Part shown: piece by piece, positions 53,945-61,645 of the stretch | Layout: each line of letters opens with the position of its first letter | How positions within the stretch are numbered: the stretch's first letter is position 1 | DNA from: an uncultured Chloroflexia bacterium | GTDB taxonomy: Bacteria; Chloroflexota; Anaerolineae; Promineifilales; Promineifilaceae | NCBI GenBank assembly: GCA_963695505.1 | Contig: CAVOGX010000012.1 | Span: 120,768-184,767 of the forward strand | DNA length: 64,000 nt | Direction of reading: 5' to 3' | Position numbers and translations under genes: made by a program | The notes under the pieces: model-generated | Databases searched by the model: none | Seen by the model: only the letters and a program-made list of their open reading frames with translations | Told to the model about the DNA's origin: nothing

Positions 53945-55057
53945 ATGCGCATCTTAATGCTCTCAAAGGCCTGCTTGGTCGGGTCATACCAACCAAAACT
54001 AGAAGAAATCGCCCGCTTCGACGACGTGGAGCTGCTGTCATTGTGCCGCCCTTCCTGGAACGATCCGGCGGGACCGGTGCAGCTGGAACGCAGCTCACAC
54101 ACCGGGCTATCGGCTGCTGGTTGATCCGATTCGCTTTAATGGCCGTTACCACCTCCATTACTATCCACACTTGCCGCAGCGGCTGGCCGAGTTTCGGCCA
54201 GATATCGTGCACATTGACGAAGAACCGTACAACCTGGCGACCTGGCTGGCGATGCGGCAGGCCAAAGCGGTCGGGGCCAAACGCTCTTTTTTACCTGGCA
54301 AAATTTGCACCGCCGCTACCCATTTCCGTTCAGCTTGCTGGAAAAGCAGGTGTTGAACGGGGTTGATTACGCCCTTATGGGCAACCAGGACGCGGCGTTC
54401 ATGTGGCAAACAAAGGGGTATCGCGGCCCGCTGCGCGTTCTCCCGCAGTTTGGCGTGGACCCAGACCTTTACCAACCGCCGCCACGCAGGAACGCGACGT
54501 TTTTACCATCGGCTGCGCCAACCGGCGGCTGGTGCCGGAAAAAGGGGAGGACTTGTGCTGCAGGCGGCGGCCAAACTGCCCGGCATCTGGCAGCTTCACA
54601 TTGCCGGGGAAGGTCCGGAACGGCCAGTACTGCAAAAATTAGCCCATCAGTTAAACATTGCCGACCGGGTGCAGTTTGATGGTACTATTGCCTCGGGGCA
54701 GATGCCGCACTATTTGCAACAGCTGGATGTGCTGGTGCTGGCCTCGCGCACGCGCCCAACTGGAAAGAGCAGTTTGGCCGGGTGCTGGTCGAGGCGATGG
54801 CGTGTGAAATGGCCGTGATCGGCTCAGACAGCGGCGAAATTCCCTACGTTATTGGCGACGCCGGGCTGATTTTCCCGGAAGATGACGCCGTCGCCCTGCA
54901 TGACCACCTGCTGCGGCTGATGCAGTCGCCCGATGAAAGAAAAACATTCGGCCAAAAGGGTCGCCAGCGCGTGCTAGCCCATTACACCCAGGCCCAAATT
55001 GCCGCCCAAACCGTCGCCGTTTACCGTGAAATGTTCAACGCGCAGCAAACCGTATGA
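53945..55057 (+). pseudogene. GT4-family (GT-B fold) glycosyltransferase, at least 4 frameshifts as assembled
   Basis: MRILMLSKACLVGSYQ..., IVHIDEEPYNLATW, and EQFGRVLVEAMACEMAVIGSDSGEIPYVIGDAG (EX7E region). Confidence 0.8.
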
Positions 55058-56106
55058 GTGATTACGAAGCCATCCCCCATGATGAAGCAGTCTCTGGCAA
55101 GAAAACCCGTCGTGGTCGCCGCGTACTGGGGCTTGTCCTTCTCATTACTTCACTGCTCCTGGCAATTTATTTGTTGGTGGCCTATATGGGCTGGCAAAGC
55201 GGGCAGGCTTTACTGGTTGAAAAACAGCAAACCGGTTTGAGCAACCTGGTCAGCCGCCAGATCGAATTGGCCCAGGAAGATATCGCCCAGGGCAGCTACT
55301 CGCTGGCCATTCGCCGCCTGGAATGGGTGCTGGAGCGCTCGCCGGGCAACAATCAGGCCGAGGTACTGCTGCTGCAAGCCCAAGAAGCGCTGCAAATTGT
55401 GCTGACTCCTGACCTGGCTGCTGCTTCGCCAACGGCTACAATCGCGCCTATGCCTTCACCAACGCCTGGCGCTATCTCCGACCCAGACCAGGAGCTGCAG
55501 CGCATTCGCCGCCTGGTGGTTATTGAAGCCTGGGAGGACGCTATGGAAGCGCTTGTTTCCTTCCAATTGCAATTTCCTGATTTCGAGCGCCAGGAAACCA
55601 ATCGAATGCTTTACGATGCCTATCTGAACCTGGGCTTGCAGAATGTAGAGGGGGAGTACGTGGAATTGGGGTTGTATTACCTGGGTCTGGCCGAAAATTT
55701 GGGTGATTTGCCCCAAGAAGCAGAAGATTACCGGCTGTGGGCAGATTGGTATTTGCAGGGTATAGGCTTTTATGGTGTGAATTGGGAATTCGCCACGGGC
55801 TATTTTCGAGATTTATGCCTGGTGGCGCCTTTTTATCAGGCTTCCTGTGATTTGCTGTACGAGTCGCTGGTAGCCCTAGGAGACCAGTATGCCGCCGCAG
55901 GTGAGTGGTGCCCGGCACAGGAACAGTACCAGGAAGCCCGGCAGCAGCAGCGCAGCGTTGCCCTGATAGATAAGCTTGAAACGGCCGTTACCAACTGCAG
56001 CAGCGCCACGCCAACGCCGTCCGTGATTACCAATACGCTGCCCCTTAGCCAAACCCAACAGTTTGTACCGCCATTTTTTGTCACGCCGACGCCGCTTTCT
56101 CCATAA
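55054..56106 (+). CDS. Membrane-anchored TPR-like protein
   Basis: ATGA start/stop overlap with the GT4 gene. One TM (LGLVLLITSLLLAIYLLVAY) is followed by helical-repeat sequence. Confidence 0.55.
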   Translation: MSDYEAIPHDEAVSGKKTRRGRRVLGLVLLITSLLLAIYLLVAYMGWQSGQALLVEKQQTGLSNLVSRQIELAQEDIAQGSYSLAIRRLEWVLERSPGNNQAEVLLLQAQEALQIVLTPDLAAASPTATIAPMPSPTPGAISDPDQELQRIRRLVVIEAWEDAMEALVSFQLQFPDFERQETNRMLYDAYLNLGLQNVEGEYVELGLYYLGLAENLGDLPQEAEDYRLWADWYLQGIGFYGVNWEFATGYFRDLCLVAPFYQASCDLLYESLVALGDQYAAAGEWCPAQEQYQEARQQQRSVALIDKLETAVTNCSSATPTPSVITNTLPLSQTQQFVPPFFVTPTPLSP

Positions 56107-56158
56107 GAAATCATTATGCATTTTGTCACTTGCCGCAGTACGCGCTATAAACAAAGCT

Positions 56159-57553
56159 ATGCCTGAACTTGGTGAACCTCTCAGCGACCGCGAAATGGAC
56201 GTGCTGGCCTGCATGGTGCAAGGCGCGCAAAATAAAGAGATTGCCGCGGAGCTATTCATTAGCGAAAACACGGTGAAAGTACACCTGCGGCGTATTTACA
56301 CGAAGCTGGGCGTCTCTTCGCGTACCGAAGCCACCACCGTTGCCCTGCAAAAAGGGCTGGTAGCCGTGCCCGGCCTGGAAACAACCAGCCCCGTGGCGGA
56401 CGACCCAGACCCGGCAGCAGCAGACGTGGGTGTCGGGGAAGGGGAAGCCGAGTCTGGGGCAATATCCGACAATGTGCCTGAAACGGCCGTTTCTGACCTA
56501 TCTCCTGCTGCTCGCCCTGCGCCATGGCGCAATCTTGGTTTGGGAATCGCTCTCGTCGTCATTGTGGCGCTGCTGGGATTTGTTGTGTGGCAGCAGCAAA
56601 ACGTCATTGCGCCAGATGATGACCCGCAGACGTGCAGCGAGCGCCCCTTAGGCGATTCCCGCTGGTTGGTTAGCCAGGCTATGCCCGAGGGGCGAATGGG
56701 TATGGCCACGGCAGCCGTGGGCCTGGACATTTACCTCATTGGGGGAGGCAGCGGGCAGGATGCCGTGAACCAGGTCGACGTATACGATACGGCAAACTGC
56801 CAGTGGCGCTCGGGCGCGCCCAAGCCAACGGCCGTTTCCGACACGCGGGCAGCCGTCCTCTTCGGTGAAATCTATATTCCGGGCGGGCGGGGCGCAGATG
56901 GTTTACCCACCAGCACTGTGGAAGTGTTCAGTCCCGCCAACAACCTGTGGCGGACCATCGCCCCCCTGCCCGCACCCAACAGCGGCGGGCTGGTACTGGA
57001 ACAGGGCGGCTTGCTCTACCTCTTTGGCGGTTGGGATGGCGAGAGCTATTTGGCCACAGCTTACGCCTACAACCCGGCTCTGGACAGTTGGGAAACCCTG
57101 CCGCCTATGGGCCAGGCGCGCGCATTTGCCACCGGCGGCGCCCTCTCCGGGCTGCTTTTTGCGGTCGGTGGTTACGATGGCGCCAACGAACTGAATACCT
57201 GCGCCGCGTTCGATCCTGCTGGCAGCGCCTGGCAAGCCTGCCCCGGCATGCTTCAGCCCCGCGCCGGGGCCGGAGCAGTCGTCATCCTCAACAAGCTGTA
57301 CGTGATGGGCGGGGGCATGCAGGCCGACAGCCTCATTTCCTACGGTGAAGAATACAATCCGGCTACCCAAACCTGGCAAGTCGTGGACACGCCCATGCTC
57401 GGGAATGCTGGAAGCTGGTTCTTACCGGGCATCGCCAACATTGAAACCCGCATCTATGCTTTTGGCGGCCGCCAAAACGAGACAGTGCTGGCCGACACCT
57501 ACGTGCTGCGGGCTGTCTTCCAAACCTTTTTGCCCGCTATGCCCAATCAGTAA
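56159..57553 (+). CDS. LuxR-type HTH + TM + Kelch-repeat beta-propeller protein
   Basis: LSDREMDVLACMVQGAQNKEIAAELFISENTVKVHLRRIYTKLGV, TM GLGIALVVIVALLGFVVW, and repeated ..YLIGG/..YIPGG/..YLFGG/..FAVGG/..YVMGG Kelch blades. Confidence 0.75.
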   Translation: MPELGEPLSDREMDVLACMVQGAQNKEIAAELFISENTVKVHLRRIYTKLGVSSRTEATTVALQKGLVAVPGLETTSPVADDPDPAAADVGVGEGEAESGAISDNVPETAVSDLSPAARPAPWRNLGLGIALVVIVALLGFVVWQQQNVIAPDDDPQTCSERPLGDSRWLVSQAMPEGRMGMATAAVGLDIYLIGGGSGQDAVNQVDVYDTANCQWRSGAPKPTAVSDTRAAVLFGEIYIPGGRGADGLPTSTVEVFSPANNLWRTIAPLPAPNSGGLVLEQGGLLYLFGGWDGESYLATAYAYNPALDSWETLPPMGQARAFATGGALSGLLFAVGGYDGANELNTCAAFDPAGSAWQACPGMLQPRAGAGAVVILNKLYVMGGGMQADSLISYGEEYNPATQTWQVVDTPMLGNAGSWFLPGIANIETRIYAFGGRQNETVLADTYVLRAVFQTFLPAMPNQ

Positions 57554-60118
57554 TGGCCCAATCTGGGGGTATGTACCAGGCCAATTTTGCGCGATACGGC
57601 CGTTTCCTGCGCACACTGGCCTTGTTTCTCGGTGTTTTGATTTTTCTGGTCTGGGGTGTGTGGGGCACGTTGCCGCACACCGCACTGCGCAGCCTGTTCA
57701 GCCCCATCACGGCCGTTGACATCAACCAGCACCGCCGCGACACCCCCGCCCCCATACCCACAGGCGCTTTCACCCTGCAGCAAACCTTCACCCCCCGCTG
57801 GAATGGCTTTCGTGAGCTGGAAGTTCGCTTTTATCGTGTTGCAGAAACGCCGAATGCCGGCAAGCATTACCTTGCGCTTGCAAGACGCCGGTGGGCAAAC
57901 CATCAGCGAAGCCACGCTGCCCAACGACACAATAGCCCAGGACCAGCGTCACGTGATGCAATTTCCGCCCCAGGCAAACTCTGCCGGGCAGGTGTACACG
58001 CTGGCTGTTAGCGGAGATGCGTGCCAACGAAGTGTCGCTTTGGGGGTATGGCTTGGATGCCCATGCGGGGGGCGCGCTGGCCCTGGTTTACGGCCCGTTG
58101 GCGGCCGAAACGGCCGAAACCCCCACCAGCGCCGCCGACCTCACCTTTACCACCCGCTACCACCTAACCGGGAAAGATGCCCTGGCCTACCTGGGTCAAA
58201 CGTTAACCCGGCAGGGAAGCCTGCTGCTGCTCACCCTGCTCTTTTTGCTGCTGCCTGGCGCGCTGCTGCTGCTGGGGTGGCGCAGCCCTCTTTCACATTG
58301 GGACGCCGCAGCCTGGACCGGCACAGCTTTGGCCCTGGGAACGGCCGTCTGGCCTCTGCTTTGGCAGTTTCTGACCCTGTTAGGCGGGCGCTGGCGCGGG
58401 TGGTCTCTGTGGGCGGTACTCATCCTGGGCTGGCTGGCCGTCCTTTGGCTGCTTTGGAAAAGATGGAACGCAGAGTTTCGCAGAGAAAAAACACCAAAAG
58501 CGCTGTTTGCTCCTCCGCGCCCTTGCTCCTCTGCTCCCTTGCTCCCCCACGTCTCCGCTCCCTTGCTTCCCCGCTCCTCCGCGCCCTTGCTCCTCGTTCT
58601 GCTGCTCGCCGTAGGGCTGGCGGTGCGGCTGCTGGCGGTGCGGGACATTAACATCCCGCCCTGGGTAGACGCCAGCCGCCACGGCCTGATTACGGCCGTG
58701 ATGCGCGACAGCGGCCAGGCCATCAGCGACTACGGGAGCTATTTGCCCGTTACCCGTTTTCCCTACCATTACGGCTTCCACACCCTTTCCGCCAGCCTGG
58801 CGCTGCTGTCGGGGCGACCCTTGCCAGAGCTGCTGCTCTTTTTGGGGCAGTTACTCAATGCCCTGGTGCCGCTGACCACCTATGCGGCGCTGTGGCTGCT
58901 GACGCGGCGGCCTATGGCCGGGCTGCTGGGGGCCTTTTTCGTGGCGCTGCCCTTTTTGTTCCCGGGCTACTACGCCACCTGGGGCCGCCTGACGCAGCTC
59001 ACAGCCATGCTGCTCATGCCGCTGGCCCTGGCCCTGACCTGGCTGGTGGTGCGCGGGGGCCGAGTTGGCGGCGGGGCTGGTGGCTGCTGGCACTGCTGGC
59101 GGCGGGGCTGTTTTTGGTGCATTTTCGCGTGTTTACCTTTTATTTGCCTTTTGCGGCGCTGGTGTGGCTGGCGAGCCGGGGGCGCAACGGCCGTTTCCTG
59201 GCTTTGGCGGCTGCGGTGGGGCTGCTGCTGGTCAGCCCGCGCCTCTGGCAGTTACTGTCCGTCACCGACCCGGCGCGGGCCATCAACGCCGGCCCCAGCG
59301 ACTACAACGCCTTCCCCACCGGTTACCTGGAAGCGGGCTGGGAGCAGGCCTTTGTGGCCCTGGGCGCCATTTGCCTGGCGCTGGCCCTGGCAGGCGCACT
59401 CAAACGCCGCCGCTGGGCGGCGCTGCCCCTGCTGCTGGCGGCCTGGGTGGCGGCCCTTTTCTTGCTGCTGGCGGGCGAGCGGCTGGGGCTGCCGGAAACC
59501 TGGGTGATTAACCTGAACAGCATGTACATCACCCTCTTTTTGCCCCTGGCCATGCTGCTGGCTGTAACGGCCGTTCAGGTGTGGCAATGGCTGGCGCGGC
59601 AGCGCTGGTGGCTGCAAATGACGGCCAGCTTGCTGGCGGGCGGGCTGCTGGCGGCCCTGTTCCTCTTTGGCGTGCGCAATCAGGTCAACATCCTCAATCC
59701 GCAGACGGTTTTGGCGGAGCCGCCGGACCTGGCGGGCATAGCCTGGGTCGATGCCCACCTGCCGCCGGAGGCACTCATTGCCGTGAGCAGTTGGCAATGG
59801 CTGGGGCAAACCTGGGCCGGGCAGGACGGCGGGGCGTGGCTGACGCCTTTAACCCAGCGCCAAACCACCACGCCCCCGGCCGACTACATTTACAACCGGG
59901 ATTTGGCGGAAGAGGTGCGGGCTTTCAACGAAACGGCCGTGGCCGTGGCCGACTGGAGCGACCCGGCCCAGGCGGAATGGCTGCGGCAGCAGGGGGTCAC
60001 CCACGTCTTTGTGGGCGCGCGGGGCGGCTTTTTTGACCCGGCGGCCCTGGCCCGCAACCCGGAATTGGAATTGCTGTACGCGGAAGATGGCGTATTTGTC
60101 TTTGCCGTGCGCGACTAA
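57553..60118 (+). pseudogene. Large GT-C-like membrane glycosyltransferase, about 3 frameshifts as assembled
   Basis: TAATG overlap with the upstream gene. Colinear pieces are 57553-58011, 57656-58651 (part), 58017-59507 and 58892-60118. Many TM segments are followed by a soluble C-terminus. Confidence 0.65.
58509..58595. repeat. 8-nt periodic tract (GCTCCTCC/GCGCCCTT/GCTCCCTT...) in-frame in a CDS
   Basis: Read as APPRPCSSAPLLPHVSAPLLPRSSAPLL. Confidence 0.75.
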
Positions 60119-60204
60119 CGTTTAGCTGAGGAACGCAGCCGCTGGCCATTAACAGCCAGGCCCCGCTTGTTTCAACTTTTTGGTTGGCGATGGTGGTTTT
60201 TTTG

Positions 60205-60234
60205 TTGACTCACATCAAAGCTTCTGCATATACT
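60205..60234 (+). promoter_or_regulatory. Sigma70-like promoter (copy A)
   Basis: TTGACT - 18 nt - TATACT, conserved in copy B. Confidence 0.6.
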
Positions 60235-60266
60235 GTCGTAGAATGCCTCATTCGTAGAATGCCTTT

Positions 60267-60320
60267 ATGCGGCGGCTGGTAAGCTGGATGGTAAGGGTTG
60301 TTTTTCACCGCACCGCATGA
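60267..60320 (+). other. Conserved 17-codon mini-ORF / quasi-palindromic leader element (copy A)
   Basis: ATG CGG CGG CTG ... ACC GCA TGA = MRRLVSWMVRVVFHRTA. It has the same length and frame as copy B despite many substitutions. There is no obvious SD. Confidence 0.35.
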
Positions 60321-60361
60321 ATAGCTTAATTCGTTAGGGAGCGTATTAGATCGAAGCGCAG

Positions 60362-61108
60362 ATGCACCAAAAACAGATTTCTCTCGTCAGGTCAATGATT
60401 GAAAAAGAAGTAAGCGAAAATTGGGCGCGTCTATACAAAGTGCCCAGTACATTTACGTGGAAATGCCTTGACCATCTCAGCAGTCTGAAACCCTCTAGCC
60501 AGGAGAAAGTGTTTGCGGAAATTTCATTGAGAGCTCCGATCATGCTGGGATCAGTAAATCCACCAACAAAGTGGGATGAGTCGATCCTGAAGCATTTCTA
60601 CGAAGGGGTCCTTCAATCTCCGAGTGAGCATATATCATCAAGACTACTTCGCGGGATGCTCGCATCAAAGCAGGTGGATGGGGCGGAAAGTATGTTTGCG
60701 AATTTGTCTGATGAGATGGTTGAAAAAGCTAAATCCATCAACCCCACCAAGGCATCTGAAATCCGAAAGGTAGTTAAGCGTGAATTCGCAGATCACTTTG
60801 GCAGCAATCCAGTAAATTTTGGGGGAGGGACTTGGAAGTATGAGGGGGAATCATCGTCAAGGCGCATATCCGTTCTAATCGATTATGGCGGCCTTGGTGA
60901 TCAGCTGCGCTACTGGGTCGAGTTTCAAGATCAAACCAATATGCTGCACCCGAGGATGTTGACTTATGAAGGACTGCTTGGAATGGGGCATGGCCGTTGG
61001 GATTATGTCACAGCGGACAATCTTGTAGCTAGTATCCAACTGCTTCGGGAAATGATCGAAGAATTGGCTACTATACCAGATCGGCTCAAATCATTTGGCT
61101 CCATCTAA
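60362..61108 (+). CDS. Orphan hypothetical protein (248 aa) in the AT-rich island
   Basis: Intact ORF, GC visibly lower than the host, no ACGGCCGT motif and no recognisable domain. Confidence 0.6.
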   Translation: MHQKQISLVRSMIEKEVSENWARLYKVPSTFTWKCLDHLSSLKPSSQEKVFAEISLRAPIMLGSVNPPTKWDESILKHFYEGVLQSPSEHISSRLLRGMLASKQVDGAESMFANLSDEMVEKAKSINPTKASEIRKVVKREFADHFGSNPVNFGGGTWKYEGESSSRRISVLIDYGGLGDQLRYWVEFQDQTNMLHPRMLTYEGLLGMGHGRWDYVTADNLVASIQLLREMIEELATIPDRLKSFGSI

Positions 61109-61115
61109 CCACTCC

Positions 61116-61281
61116 CTGGAGCGACTCGGCCCAGGCGGCATGGCTGCGGCAGCAGGGGGTCACCCACGTCTTTGTGGGCGCGCGGGGCGGCTTTTTCGAC
61201 CCGGCGGCCCTGGCCCGCAACCCGGCAATGGAATTGCTGTACGCTGATGATGGCGTATTTGTGTTTGCCGTGCGTGATTAG
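61116..61281 (+). pseudogene. Relic 3' fragment (~55 codons) of a diverged allele of the GT-C gene
   Basis: Reads WSDSAQAAWLRQQGVTHVFVGARGGFFDPAALARNPAMELLYADDGVFVFAVRD*, versus the native WSDPAQAEWLRQQ...NPELELLYAEDGVFVFAVRD*. Several of the differences are synonymous. Confidence 0.85.
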
Positions 61282-61368
61282 CGTTTAGCGGAGGAACGCA
61301 GCCGCTGGCCACCGGCAGCCAGGCTCAACTTGTTTCATCTCTGTTGGTTGGCGATGGTGATTTTTTTG

Positions 61369-61398
61369 TTGACTAACATCAAAACTTCTGCATATACT
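61369..61398 (+). promoter_or_regulatory. Sigma70-like promoter (copy B)
   Basis: TTGACT - 18 nt - TATACT. Confidence 0.6.
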
Positions 61399-61532
61399 GT
61401 ACCTGGAAATGGGTCGCCTTTGGAGGTTAGGTTAGCCAGGAAAATGCCTGAATCCTCAAGGGAAAACAGACCCGCTTTCCCAACTTTGTTCAACCGCGAT
61501 TTAACTAAATGCCGCATTTGGAAAATGCCATT

Positions 61533-61586
61533 ATGCGGCGGCTGACGCACTGGTTGATGAAGGTCGTTTTTCACTGCACCGCATGA
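61533..61586 (+). other. Conserved 17-codon mini-ORF / quasi-palindromic leader element (copy B)
   Basis: MRRLTHWLMKVVFHCTA. Confidence 0.35.
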
Positions 61587-61645
61587 AACGCTTAATTCGT
61601 TAGCTAGCTTTTCGATACAATGAAGTGGTGAACAGAAGAGGAATC

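Larger units (their letters stand above)
59953..60337 (+). repeat. Copy A of the duplicated module (native 3' end of the GT-C gene + promoter + mini-ORF leader)
   Basis: Aligns with 61116-61603 at roughly 90% identity, apart from a ~100-nt insertion in copy B. Confidence 0.9.
61116..61603 (+). repeat. Copy B of the duplicated module
   Basis: Starts 8 nt after the stop of the 248-aa gene and ends ~40 nt before the OLD-family gene. Confidence 0.9.

Noticed and set aside
61330-61574. 71-aa (+) and 79-aa (-) ORFs inside module copy B
   Set aside because: Both span the copy-B-specific insertion and have no counterpart in copy A. They have no SD and overlap the promoter region.
60235-61603. Retron-like msr/msd or another structured ncRNA in the duplicated leaders next to the OLD-family gene
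   Set aside because: No reverse transcriptase is present in the window, the stems that can be drawn are short, and the conserved part is compatible with a mini-ORF instead. I kept it only as an open question in the findings.
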